DNA of 39,428 nucleotides from Rhodospirillales bacterium (GCA_038143065.1 JAYQLI010000046.1:1-39428); one strand, 5' to 3'. Shown: positions 1-10,871, numbered from the stretch's first letter. Numbers and translations are program-made. Notes: generated by a model not told the origin, from the sequence alone.

Positions 1-17
1 ACTTCTAAAAGTAGGCT

Positions 18-140
18 GCCCCCGGGCACCACTTCCGAAAGTCAACCTGTTGAATAGCTTCACGTTTTCTAATGATTTATAAGAAGGTGTGAATTTTCAC
101 TTCAGAAGTTGCACTTTAGATAAAGACAAACACGTCATTA
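18..140 (+). repeat. Inverted att-like site: tRNA-Phe 3' core GCCCCCGGGCACCA (18-31) plus arm; inverted copy of ~1880-2000
   Basis: 18-69 matches the reverse complement of 1948-2000 with 2 mismatches and 1 indel; weaker similarity (AAGAAGGTGTG, ACTTTAGA-TAAAG) continues to ~140. Confidence 0.9.
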
Positions 141-167
141 TCATCAACTTAACCTGCCCCCTATTAT

Positions 168-243
168 ATTTATAGTGAAGACGCTTTTGTCTCCAACGAC
201 AGTTTCTTAATGTCTTATTAATTTATAGTGAAGACGCTTTTGT
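168..243 (+). repeat. Perfect 23-bp direct repeat ATTTATAGTGAAGACGCTTTTGT (168-190 and 221-243)
   Basis: Read directly from sequence; lies upstream of the Cys-rich ORF. Confidence 0.9.
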
Positions 244-279
244 TTGTCTGAACTTTCGGGGGTCAACCCCGGATTTTCA

Positions 280-760
280 ATGACAGATAAACATTGCCCA
301 AAGTGTGGGATGGCTTTCTGTGGTCGCTCCAACAAAAAGTTTTGTTCAAGCAAATGCAGAAAACTATTCTCACAACAAACTATAAGAGCAACAACCCCCG
401 TAAATTCAAAAAATAGTAAGTGTAAGAAGAGAGAGCAGTATGAGTTGTTTGATACAGCCCTGCGCCTTGCCGAAATACTATATGCTTTACCTCCAAGTGA
501 ACGCCTTAGTTTCATGGAACGCCTCATCTTGATTTAATGGCGAGAAGACGGTGAGCATCCAAGCTAAAACAAATATTAACAATGCCAACTTTGTTAAATG
601 CTAACCGTAAAAGTAAATCACTATACTGGCGTCGCGCGCCAGCCAATCACCGTACAATTTCGCAAGCAGCAAACAACTATTGTAAACGCTTTTGAAACGG
701 AATGTAATATTTGTCGTGAATAATACAGATTATGAACCACACACTGGCGAGGTCATTTAA
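280..760 (+). CDS. Hypothetical protein with N-terminal Cys4 zinc-finger-like motif (frameshifted)
   Basis: MTDKHCPKCGMAFCGRSNKKFCSSKCR (CxxC...CxxxC); the ORF stops at 537 but plausible coding text continues in other frames (KQILTMPTLLNANRK...YCKRF; NVIFVVNNTDYEPHTGEVI*) to TAA 758-760, converging on the integrase stop. Confidence 0.6.
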
Positions 761-1931
761 ACAATTTTGTGCATCCACTTACTGAGCACCCCTAGTTGGT
801 AGCCGTGGCCATATTGGCTGCCAATACCTTTATTCACCCAGCCACCTAGTTGATTTACGTGTCAACTGGACACTCTACCTCCTCAAACGGTCTCTAAAGC
901 TGTGCCTCTGGAGAATGCACTGAATAACGTCTTCAAATTCATTTTGCTTGAGCCATTTGTTCATCGCAGCACTTGCAGAGTTCCCATCAGTTCGGTCATG
1001 TTTATTATATCTGCTTATCAGATATTCACGGTTGCGATTTTTACCGGGTAATCTTGTGGCGGCCCAAAGGGAATCTCCAACAAGTGGAATAGAACGTGCA
1101 CTAGAGGCTGTTTTAAGGCGCCTGTGAGCATTTGGTTGGACAATTACATGCGGATACTCATGAACTAAAACTAGGTCTCTGTGGCGCAAGCCTACAGCCT
1201 CTGAAAGGCGCATGCCCGTATCGCAGATAAGAGCTAAAATATGTCTAAGTTCATCATCATATTGATGGCATATTTGCTTTAGACGCAGCAAATCAACAGA
1301 CGTAAAACCGTTTCTACGTACAGAGCCGATGGAAATATCAATGAAAACACCAGATAGTGGATTTGGTTTGTCTATCCCCAGTTCAGAAAATGCTATGTTG
1401 ATGATGGACTTAGCATTACCAAACACACGACCAATGCTGGGACCTTTAAGTCCTCTGGATACAAGATAATCACGGAACAGAATAGCATCTGTCTTCTGTA
1501 TCTTACCTATTGTTTTCTCACCAATTGCTTCTGATAGATATTTTGTAGTTCTCTCAGCAGCGCGATGAAATGTATCTGGACGCCCTGCCCCTTTCTGCTT
1601 CAAATAAATTTGTTTTGCTTGCTCTAATGTTATGTCAGCATGGGACTCCTCTACACCATCGCCGTACAACATAGGTATCTCAGCGGGAAATAAATTTAAG
1701 GCAAATTTCTCACCCCGCCGTACTCTTAAAGCTGACCAATATTGATCAAGCTGCAGCGTTAATGACTGTGCTAAGCTGTGCGCAATCTTTACACTCTTTG
1801 TCTTAAGCGAAAACACTACTTTTTGTCTTGGATAGTGACGTTCAAGGTCTTTTGGAACGCGACGTTCATAGTAATAAACGCCATCGCACGTACGTATGCT
1901 TTACTCTAAAGTCCTTCAAAAATTCCCACAC
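757..1931 (-). CDS. Tyrosine recombinase/integrase with DUF6538-like N-terminal domain (frameshifted near both ends)
   Basis: Core ORF 875-1816 has DTGMRLSEAVGL and RHSFRDRLR; the upstream frame gives GVYYYERRVPKDL (DUF6538-like) after GTG 1931; the downstream frame gives NQLGGWVNKGIGSQYGHGY...KIV* with the likely catalytic Tyr. Confidence 0.88.
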
Positions 1932-1986
1932 CTTCTTGTAACCACAGGAAAACGTGAAGTTATTCAACAGGTTGACTTTCGGAAAT

Positions 1987-2031
1987 TGGTGCCCGGGGGC
2001 GGGATCGAACCACCGACACGGATTTTTCAAT
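1987..2031 (-). repeat. 3' half of tRNA-Phe(GAA), displaced att fragment (not a functional tRNA)
   Basis: Reverse complement ATTGAAAAATCCGTGTCGGTGGTTCGATCCCGCCCCCGGGCACCA = anticodon loop, T-arm GGTTCGATCCC, acceptor stem and CCA; no D-arm or 5' half upstream. Confidence 0.9.
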
Positions 2032-2195
2032 AGAGACGGAAATAAATAATTATATGAAAACAGTGACTTGTAGCTATATTATATTAGTGTGTGCTTAAAG
2101 TGTGTATTTGATATTGTCTGAGGTTTAGATCAGAGAAACTTTGTGTCGATAATCAATGGCAGGACACAGTATTTGGCAAAGACTTGAGCCATACA
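2007..2195 (+). repeat. att arm type A, copy 1 (degenerate direct repeat of 20048-20228)
   Basis: Shares GAACCACCGACACG..ATTTTCAATAGA, AATAAATAATTA-ATGAA-ACAGT, AAAGTGTGT-TTTGATATT, TGTGTC and GGACA with the 20 kb copy. Confidence 0.85.
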
Positions 2196-2252
2196 AGTGA
2201 CAGTTGAATGCGCAGGCGTAATACTTCGATGTTCAGCGGTATTTCCAATAAT

Positions 2253-3131
2253 TCATATTCGCTTCGTAATCCAATCGGGGTTATTAATGAAGAGCTGCAA
2301 TACGCCTGAGCATCGTGACCTGCAAACATACCGTCTTGGGTGACTAGAACAGTGCGCCAACCATTCGTGCGGCGGCGCTAATAATGTCGGTGGCGGCGTA
2401 TCACCGATCATAGCAATGCGATTTGGAAGAATGCCGGCCAGCGACACCTCAGCCAGCGTGTAAATCTCTGCGAATGGTTTACCGAAAAACTGAATTTCGT
2501 ACTTCATTTGGTCAAGTAGCAAATGCCCAAAATATCCGGCTCTTGCGAAAAGCCGTTTTCGCGCGGGCGGCAATGTCGGCATTGGCAATTACCAATGGTC
2601 GCGGGTTATCGCGCAGCGAACGTTCAAAGCGCTTGACGCGGACGCCGACCACTCCGCGGACGACAAAAACAAGAAACCTTCCGCTTGATCATAGAGTAAC
2701 TGATCATCACCCAATCGTGATGTCTTGGTGGGAATGTCACTAAGATCATCGTTTATCGCAGCGATGCAGCCAAATGTCCGCGCATCCAAACCAATCAATG
2801 CAGCATCCAATAGTAATGATCTCTTCAAATTCAATCTTTATACCAAGACGCTTAAATTTAAGACCGCGTCCTCATGCTTATAGCTTGCCGCATTAGACAA
2901 GATGCGAATTGCGCAGCCTCGCGCGCGCAATTCATCAAGACGCTCCGCCGCTCCCGGGATTGGGGTTTCGCCAACATTTAGGACACCGGAAAGCATCAAA
3001 CACAAAGGCATCTATTTGATCTGTGATATCCAAAAGCGAATTGATGGAATTTATGCTTTGCGCAAACGTCGCCGTGGGCAAGCGATCCTGACGGACTGAT
3101 AACGATCAAAGATTTCCTGGACTGTTAACAT
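2253..3131 (-). CDS. HAD-superfamily class IIA hydrolase (NagD-like), frameshifted
   Basis: Pieces across frames: MLTVQEIFDRYQSVR, AFVFDAFGVLNVGETPIPGA (motif I), ILSNAAS, FFGKPFAEIY, IAMIGDT (motif IV), DWITKRI*. Confidence 0.8.
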
Positions 3132-4849
3132 AGGATATGTGACTTTCAAATGTTCGGCCTGGCACTTTTTTATTTTCTGGCTTTCGTTCTGCGGACAGTC
3201 GTGTCGACAGAAGATCGCCAGAGCGCTCTGCAATTGGTTGACCTATTGTTGCAAATGCAGCGTTGATCGTTTTGAGCGTCCGCAATGTGTCTTGGTGGAT
3301 GTGGCTTGTTTCAAAGCTGGCAGGGATATTTTCTGCGCAACCGCACGAGATGTCGTTCTTGTAGCATTTGCTCTGCTTTGCGGACCTTGTCTTTGGTATG
3401 AAGCAGTTGGCGTGTTGCGTCTGGTTCACCCGTCATTAATACGCTTAAGGCAAGCTGTGTATTGCTCAGAATGCGGTCGTGAAAATCTTCAAGATCCGAC
3501 CATCCATCTTCCGAAAATCCCAACCCATCAGAATTTAGCCGCTCAGCGTTCATAACAAGACTCTGTGAAATCGCACTGGCTGCAGTTTCTAAATTTAACG
3601 CGATTGACGCCAGTTCATTAGCTTTGTTCTGTTCAGTCTCTGATAAATCTTTGTGATTTAACCCAGCTAGGAATCCTTTAATGTCCGAATGCACAGTGCT
3701 GACGTCTTCAGACTTTTTGATGATAGCTTTTGCTGCATGAGCATCCCAGTTTTGGAATAAACCCATCGACGTACGCAGCATGACCTCGATTGCCTCTCCC
3801 ATCTTCATTATTTCGCGTGCGGCGCATGGTAGAGCGCGCGATGGCAGGTGAAGCGTTGACGGATCAAGGGCAGTGCTGTGTGACAGTGTGTTAATCTTAT
3901 CTTTGCGTTCAGGCGTCAGCTTAAGCGTAGCATCCGCAATCAAGCCCAAGAAAGGCACACAGACAAGCGCCAACCCGATATTGAACACCAAATGTAGGTT
4001 GATAATCTGTTGCGCTGCCTCGGTGCCCAGCCAGCTTAAGATTCCGAAGCTTTTTGACAAAATCCCGAGGACCAGCGGCAGCACCTCCGCCACGCAGCAC
4101 CAAGTTTATAATGACTACGCGTCGTGCGGTCAAAGAGGCGTTCAGCGTGAGCACATAGGCTAATATCGCAGCACCTCCATTTGCCCCCAGAACCATGGCA
4201 GCCGCCCCGCTTGCCGGCAAAAGCCCTTGCCCTGTGAGAGTGACAAAGAACAGAACCGCTGCGACCGACGAATGCACAGCCCATGCAAATAACCCGCCAA
4301 TTAAAAATGACGATAAGATCGCCAGCCAAATAGCCCATGACATATGCCGTTGCGGTGCTTTCAATAAGTGGAGCAGTTGTAGCACGGAGCATATCAAGCG
4401 AGACTAAGACAAGTCCTAACCCGATCAGGATGCGTCCAGATTGGCGGATTTCATTGCGTGAACTGCGCAAGAATAAGATAACACCACACAGCAAAAAAAG
4501 TGGGATCAAAAATTCTTGGCGGATCAGCAAAATCTGGGATACGATAGCAGAACCGGATGTCGGCACCAAGTAATATCGCTGTTCCCGCCAACAATCCAAC
4601 GCCACCTTTTGTTGCAAAATTCGACAACAAAACAGCCACCGCCGTGGCACTTTGTAAGCATAATGCGGCTATCACACCACTAATCAGGGCTTGCAGTCTG
4701 TTTGCATTAGATCGACGCAGAAAGGCGCGTAGGTGCACCGAGAATGCTCGCTCGACCCCCGTGCGCAACAAGCGGACCGCCCAGATCAAAAGTGCAGCGG
4801 CACCCGCGATATGCAGCGCGAACAAAATGATGCTTGAATCTACCATCAA
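3106..4849 (-). CDS. Na/Pi cotransporter family protein with PhoU-like C-terminus (YjbB-like), frameshifted
   Basis: ORFs 4451-4849 (LQSATAVAVL, LLGADI), 4036-4650, 3921-4397 (HSSVAAVL, VLGAN), 3311-4093 and 3106-3429 (ETSHIHQDTLRTLKTIN) assemble into one gene. Confidence 0.85.
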
Positions 4850-4853
4850 TCAA

Positions 4854-5663
4854 TCATTTGTCTGGGTAGAACAGGTATGGACCAGGGTAATCCCCCACAG
4901 GAATATAATGACTGGTGATGACGCCACGTATTTCGTACAGCATAAAGCCACCCGGTTCTTTGGTTAAACAATTTGGCGCAGCTTCTCGCAAATCCATTGT
5001 GACAGCATGGGATACACCTGGTGCGATCTGACAGATAACGTTACCAAAAGGAGCAACAATATTGCGGTGAACATGTCCGCAGGTCAGGCGCAGCTCTCCG
5101 GTGTAGCTAGACAAAATCGCCTTCAGCTCTTTGCTGTGGCGCAGATTTTGAACGTCCATCTTATCGATGCCAGTCAAAATTGGCGGGTGGTGAGTCATCA
5201 CGATGGTTGGCTTACCGCCGTTGGCCTCCAGTTTTTTCGATAAAAATGACAATGTCTCATCGCTTAAATGGCCATGGGCTGCCTCTGCAACGCTACTGTC
5301 CAACCCGATTACGACCAGGTCATCAAAGTGTGCGTCCCAATTGATAGGACCAACGGTTGGCATCCACGGCTGGTCAGCGAAACATTCCCGCATAACTTCG
5401 ATGTCGTCATGATTGCCTGGGATGACGCGGTACGCCAAATTGAGAGGCTCCATAAGTGCCCGAAACCGTTCATATTCTTCGACCGTACCAAAGTCGGTAA
5501 GGTCACCTGAGACAAAGACCATATCAATAGGGCCAATCATTGGCAGGCAGCGGTTAATGGTTTCGATGCAATTGGACAATCCTTCAGCGGTATCGACTTG
5601 GCCGTAGGCCATTTGGCCGTACGGAACGATATGCGGATCTGAAATTTGGATGATTCGAGTCAT
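4854..5663 (-). CDS. Metallophosphoesterase/phosphodiesterase (CpdA/GpdQ-like)
   Basis: Motifs ISDPH, SGDLTD, PGNHD, HHPP, CGHVH; intact 269 aa. Confidence 0.92.
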   Translation of the reverse strand: MTRIIQISDPHIVPYGQMAYGQVDTAEGLSNCIETINRCLPMIGPIDMVFVSGDLTDFGTVEEYERFRALMEPLNLAYRVIPGNHDDIEVMRECFADQPWMPTVGPINWDAHFDDLVVIGLDSSVAEAAHGHLSDETLSFLSKKLEANGGKPTIVMTHHPPILTGIDKMDVQNLRHSKELKAILSSYTGELRLTCGHVHRNIVAPFGNVICQIAPGVSHAVTMDLREAAPNCLTKEPGGFMLYEIRGVITSHYIPVGDYPGPYLFYPDK

Positions 5664-6694
5664 GCAACATCTACCTCTTGTGGAAGCAGCATTAGGGTTT
5701 CCGGCTTGATCGCGACATTGATCATGTCGCCCACCTTCGGTGCGTTCTGCCCAGCATGGATTGAAGCGATGGTATCAGGTGTGATGCCGGAAATGCCAAT
5801 CTTGTAGTGGGTACCCAGAAACGTCACAGTTTCAACCTTACCCTCAAGGAGCCATCGTCTCGGATGCAAACATCTTCAGCGCGCACGAACACGGTTTGAC
5901 CTTCCGCCACGCGCAGGCAAGGTTAACGCGCCACCATCAAGGTACAATGTTGTGCCATCGGCCTTGCCGCGCAGCGACATCGCATTGCCTACAAACCCTG
6001 CTACGAAGGGCGATTTTGGATTGCGGTAAAGTTCTTCTGGCGTGCCGGTTTGTAAAACGCGACCTTGGCACATAACAGCGACGCGATCAGCGATGGCCAT
6101 CGCTTCATCTTGGTCATGGGTTACGAATATCGCAGTTATATCGAATTCGCGTAGCAGCACCGCTAATTCTTCACGCAAGGTTCCGCGCAAAAGATGCGTC
6201 CAGCGCCGATAACGGTTCATCCAGCAACAACATTCTGGGTCGTGGTGCGATCGCACGCGCAAGGGCAACGCGCTGGCGCTGTCCACCAGAAAGCGCCGTA
6301 ATCGCGCGAGCCGCGAATGGTTGAAGCTGACACATCTCCAAGACTTCGGTGACGCGGGCCTCGATCTCGGACTTAGGTAGTTGTTGCATTTTCAGCCCGT
6401 AGCCGATGTTGGCACGCACAGACATGTTTGGAAACAGGGCGTAGGATTGGAACACCATACCGACTTGCCGGCGCTCAACCGGCAGTGGAGTCACATTGTC
6501 ATTGTCAAACCAGATTTCACTTCCTGCGTCGGGTGTCTCCAAACCCGCAATGATGCGCAACAAGGTAGTTTTACCGCAGCCTGATGGGCAACAGCGAGAC
6601 AATCTCGCCCTTTCCAACTGACAGATCAGTGGGTAACAGCGCTTTGGTGCCATCGGGGGTAGGTTTTGGCAGTATGAGTCAGTCGTAAGGTCAT
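5660..6694 (-). CDS. ABC transporter ATP-binding protein (PotA/FbpC-like), frameshifted
   Basis: PSGCGKTT Walker [34 protein letters not shown]-like tail; ATG 6694 overlaps the permease stop. Confidence 0.9.
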
Positions 6695-7467
6695 TGTGTA
6701 ATCCTTTGAGCGCGTGCCGAAGCCCACTGCATGGCCATCAAGAGCGGAACAATCAGTATGAAAAAAACAAGAGTGTAAGCTGAGGCGATTTCTAGCCGCA
6801 TTGAAGCATAGCTGTCGGCAAGACCGACGGGCAGCGTTTTTAGGTACGGCGTATGCAACATCCAGGTAAGGTTGAACTCACCAATAGACAACGTGACAAC
6901 GGTTAGCGATCCCGCCAAAATGCCGGGCATAGCATTAGGCACCACAATGTCTCGGAACCGCTGCCAAGGTGAGGCACCAAGCGAAGCGGCCCCCTCTTCA
7001 AGTGTTTTGAGATCAATAGAGGCCAGGACCGCAAGAATGGACCTTACCATGAAAGGTAATGTGTACAGTACGTGCCCGACAAGTATAAATGTCCAGGATG
7101 CACGGAACCCTTTCATCGAACCATAGAGTTGCAACAACGCCAAGGCGAGCGCCAAACCTGGGATCGCAAGTGGCAATGAGATGAATTCCTCCAGCAGCCG
7201 CGACAACCATCCAGGGTGGCGGGCAAGACCGTATGCAGCGGGCAGTCCGATAATTAATGTGCAGACCAAACAGGCGATAGCCAACCACATGGATAGGAAA
7301 ATACTGTTTGCATAAAGCTCCCATACTTCGATGACCCATTTAAATGTCAAACCGGATGATATGCCTTTAAAATAGTTTGCCGTCAGACCCGCGAGAACTG
7401 ACATGATAATGGGCAGGAAAAGGAATGCGCAGGCCAGCAGCGTGACGGCAAGTTGCATTATCTTCAC
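6691..7467 (-). CDS. ABC transporter permease (PotC-like)
   Basis: Hydrophobic 258 aa with EAA motif [11 protein letters not shown]; true start may be slightly upstream. Confidence 0.9.
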   Translation of the reverse strand: MKIMQLAVTLLACAFLFLPIIMSVLAGLTANYFKGISSGLTFKWVIEVWELYANSIFLSMWLAIACLVCTLIIGLPAAYGLARHPGWLSRLLEEFISLPLAIPGLALALALLQLYGSMKGFRASWTFILVGHVLYTLPFMVRSILAVLASIDLKTLEEGAASLGASPWQRFRDIVVPNAMPGILAGSLTVVTLSIGEFNLTWMLHTPYLKTLPVGLADSYASMRLEIASAYTLVFFILIVPLLMAMQWASARAQRITQ

Positions 7468-7482
7468 TTTGATTTGAACATG

Positions 7483-8286
7483 TCAGCCACCTCCAGCCAC
7501 AGTTGAACCTGACAAGGAGCGCGCAATCAGCAATAAGATCCATGTGATAATGCCCAAAACAATGGACAACGCAGAGGCCATCGCGATGTTCGCGGAAAGA
7601 GTAAATTCGGTGTAAATAACCATAGGAATAACATCAATATCGGTAGCAAGTGTGAAGGCGGTTCCAAAAGCGCCCATCGCAGTAGCAAAAGCAATCGCAC
7701 CCGAAGCAATTAGCGAGGGCATTAGACCGGGTATGATAACATCCATCACAACCCGATAGGGTGTCGCCCCCATTGTGCGGGCGGCTTCCTCAAGAGAGGG
7801 GTCAAGTTTTTCCGCTGCGGCCATCACCGTGAGCAAGACACGCGGAATTGAGAAATAGAGATACCCAAGAAACAAGCCAATTGCAGAATAAGCAAATACA
7901 ACATGTCCAGGGGTCAATTGGTTCACCAGCCCTTGGCGACCACCCAGTAGGATAATCAGAAAGCCTATTACAACACCTGGAAACGCTAAGGGTAAGGTAA
8001 GGACCGACAGAACTGTGCCTCGACCTGCAAACCGATTGCGTACTAAGAACATGCCCGCAGTTGTAGATACAGCAAGGGCTGCAAAGGTGGTGGCCAGAGA
8101 CACCAGAACTGTCAAAACAAGCGTGTTCAAATAACGTGGTTTGCGCAGAATATCGAGGTAAACTGCCCACCCAGCGCTACCTTCCCCGGATACCATAAAC
8201 AGACGGATCAGCGGTAGCGCCAAAAACGCTATGGCAAAGATGAGAAGTGGCGTCAGGCACGCCAATATAAAATTGCGATCTGTCAT
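7483..8286 (-). CDS. ABC transporter permease (PotB-like)
   Basis: EAA motif LEEAARTMGA; likely start MTDRNF. Confidence 0.9.
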   Translation of the reverse strand: MTDRNFILACLTPLLIFAIAFLALPLIRLFMVSGEGSAGWAVYLDILRKPRYLNTLVLTVLVSLATTFAALAVSTTAGMFLVRNRFAGRGTVLSVLTLPLAFPGVVIGFLIILLGGRQGLVNQLTPGHVVFAYSAIGLFLGYLYFSIPRVLLTVMAAAEKLDPSLEEAARTMGATPYRVVMDVIIPGLMPSLIASGAIAFATAMGAFGTAFTLATDIDVIPMVIYTEFTLSANIAMASALSIVLGIITWILLLIARSLSGSTVAGGG

Positions 8287-8339
8287 ACGAATTCCTCGTA
8301 GGGTCACGCTGACGCAACCCTACTGGTTAAAACATGTGA

Positions 8340-9334
8340 TTAGTCAACTTCGGACAAGTAACGCTCACCAAAGCCAGCTTGTACTTGTTCCATCTTTGCA
8401 TAATCGACTGCAACAGCACGCTCATAGTCGCTTGCGGGCAGAAATTTGGACGCTACGTCTGCTGGCAATTCAACCGGACGCGCTGGCTGAAGATAGGCAT
8501 TTGTCCAGATTGCTTGACCCTTATCTGATAAGATAAAGTCCAGCACCTTTTTGCCAAGCTCAGGATTTGGACCGTTGTTTACTAAGCTCATAACGTAAGG
8601 CACCCTAACCGAGCCTTCGCAGGGCATCACAAACTCAAAGTTACCATCTTCTTCGTACTTTCCGCGATAAGCGTTAAAGTCATAGTCAAATAGGATTGGG
8701 ATTTCGCCTGATACCACACGCGCATAGGACGTTTGCTTTGGAACAATTGGCGAATTTTCACCCAACTCTTTAAAATATTTGATTGCTGGGTCAAAGTTGT
8801 CCAGATCGCCACCAAAAGCCATGTTCACTGCAACTGCGCCGGCGTAGCCAACAAATGCAGATGACGGGTCAAGATATCCAACCATGCCGCGATATTCAGG
8901 TTTTTTCAGATCCGCAAAGCACTGAGGTACTTCCGCTCCACCAAGCGCATCAACGTTCACAAAAAACCGAGCGAGCCATAGTGGATTGCAAACCACTTGC
9001 CGTCCGGATCCTTTAGCCCGTCAGGAATTTCATCAAATTTTGCTGGTTTGTAAGCGGCCGCCACGCCTTCATTGCCGGCCTTAATACCTGTCGTCACCCC
9101 ATAATAGGCAACATCTGCTATAGGGTTATCTTTTTCCGCCAAGAGTTGGCTCAAGGTCTGGCCAGAATTCTTGTTGTCATGGGGCATCTGAACATCGATT
9201 TCTTTGTCGATCGCTTCAAGCATTGATGCCCAATCCGCCCATTGTGGCGGGCAGTTATAACACACAGCATCTTCGGCCAGCGCAGGTGCTGCGAATGCTA
9301 TTGTCAAAAAGGCTGTTGCAAGTTTATGTTTCAT
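8340..9334 (-). CDS. ABC substrate-binding protein (Fe3+/2-AEP/thiamine-binding family), one frameshift ~8960
   Basis: Signal peptide MKHKLATAFLTIAFAAPALA; LLAEKDNPIADV, YLDPSSAFVG, DFILSDKGQ; ORFs 8957-9334 and 8340-8996. Confidence 0.88.
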
Positions 9335-10432
9335 GTTGATCTCTCCTGTTGGATTTTAGCTTTCTTGTAGGTTTGGTCGTCTGACGGCGGAAAGGCTGCA
9401 ACCTTTTCGCCGTCTTTGCTTTCGGCTGCCAAAGGCATCAGACTGCCTCCGGCGCGGAAACTGAATGTTTGTTCTTTTAGAGGTAATTGGGGCGGCGATG
9501 ACCCGGTGATCATCGAAAGGATCGTCTGACTTGCGCCTGCACCCAATTTGCGGGGAGCTGTTACAATCGTCGCGAGCGTTGGATCAATCATCTGACCAAC
9601 TTTGATGCCATCAAACCCGACAATTGACATGTCACGCGGCACGTTTATCGACAATTGTCGCGCACTGCGAATGGCTGCAAGGGCGCGGTAATCATTTGAA
9701 GCAAAAATGCCTGTGATGTCCGGGTGGCGCTTCAAAAACGCGTCTAGTTGAGGTGTCAAATCATCCTCGTCGTCACCCACCTCCAACAAGGCAGGTGGTG
9801 TCATTTTGTGATTGGCACACCCTTGTGAAAAGCCTCGAAACGCTGGCGCGCGCGGTCAGAACTTGAAAAGTCCAAGCCAAGAAAGCCCGTGTGTTTATGG
9901 TTATTTTCAAAAAAAACATCTGCGACTTTCACGCCGGCCGCATGGTCATCCACCGCCCAACTGAACTGCCCCGCAGGCGCAGTATTATACAGCAAGCAAT
10001 GAGGCAAAGTCCGCGAGCGGATCAAATCCAGCCCTTCACTGTTTTGAACATCACCAACAGTCAAAATAATCCCGTCGACTTGCTTGGCGATCAATGTCCG
10101 AATGGCATGAGTTTCCATTTCAGCGTTGTAGTTAGTGCAAATCAGTAGCATTTGATATCCAGCGTCTAAGCAAACTCTTGCGCGCCTTGCACTGCATCCG
10201 CATAAACAGGGTTTTCAATAGACGGGACAACGCATCCAATTGTGCGGGTAGTATTGCTTTGGAGGGATCGGCCTACTTCGCTGAAGTGAAAATCGAGTTC
10301 CTTGACCGCAGTCATGACCTTCGCGCGCATCTTGGCACTCGCGGAACCTTTGTTGTTCAACACCCGGCTTACAGTTGCGACACCGCAGCCTGCACGTTGA
10401 GCAACATCCTTAATTGTGGCCACTTGACCCAA
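9331..10432 (-). CDS. LacI-family transcriptional regulator, frameshifted
   Basis: HTH ATIKDVAQRAGCGVATVSRVLN; VDGIIL; IFASND...VPRDMSIVGFDG...PTLATI across three ORFs. Confidence 0.9.
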
Positions 10433-10443
10433 CGCTCACCCCT

Positions 10444-10461
10444 ATTGGAAACGTTTCCAAT
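10444..10461. promoter_or_regulatory. LacI-family operator (perfect 18-bp palindrome ATTGGAAACGTTTCCAAT)
   Basis: Central CG and GAAACGTTTC core typical of LacI operators; just upstream of the LacI start. Confidence 0.85.
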
Positions 10462-10680
10462 TATGAATACCCAAAATCTGCTAATCACGCAAGAAATTTC
10501 CGGGCACAAAAAAATATTCCGTGTGAAATCAACGCATAAGTGTCGAACGACGTCTCACCAATTTATCTACAGATGCATAGCACGTGACTAGATCACGCGT
10601 GGAATGCTGGATAAAAAGATGATTCGTTTGCGCAATTAGAAGTTTAAGTTGATCGGTAGAGATGGAGAACCTCCGCATAA

Positions 10681-10871
10681 AAACACGCGAAAAGTGTGTG
10701 TTTGGTGTGTTTTTGAATCGCACACGCATAGCGTTAGTGCGCGAGAAATAAGCCATTGATATTGTTTTGAAAAGTGGTGCCCGGGGGCGCAACCATACTT
10801 TTCTAAAATATATTGTAATTCTAGATGGTTAGAGGTTATCTAAAATATGGAAGTGGTCCTAAAAGCGGTCC
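10681..10871 (+). repeat. att site type B, copy 1 (~190-bp direct repeat with 19424-19613); tRNA-Phe 3' core at 10775-10788
   Basis: Core TGGTGCCCGGGGGC; IHF consensus WATCAANNNNTTR on minus strand at 10749-10761; tandem GTGTG repeats on the left and GTGGTCCT-AAAA-GCGGTCCT on the right. Confidence 0.92.

Larger units (their letters stand above)
2032..10774. mobile_element. Integrase-free cargo cassette 1 (phosphodiester utilisation) between tRNA-Phe att fragments
   Basis: Bounded by tRNA fragments 1987-2031 and 10775-10788 with conserved arms; contains one operon and its regulator. Confidence 0.7.

Noticed and set aside
168-243. Mini-CRISPR (23-bp repeats with a 30-bp spacer)
   Set aside because: Only two copies, not palindromic, no leader or cas genes; kept as a plain direct repeat.
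18-2000. IS element or transposon with terminal inverted repeats
   Set aside because: The enclosed enzyme is a tyrosine recombinase rather than a DDE transposase, the repeats end in tRNA sequence, and no target duplication was seen.
1987-2065. Intact tRNA-Phe gene
   Set aside because: Only the anticodon loop to CCA is present; the 5' half is replaced by AT-rich arm sequence.
10529-10792. 87-aa minus-strand ORF
   Set aside because: Overlaps the non-coding att repeat and has no recognisable motif.
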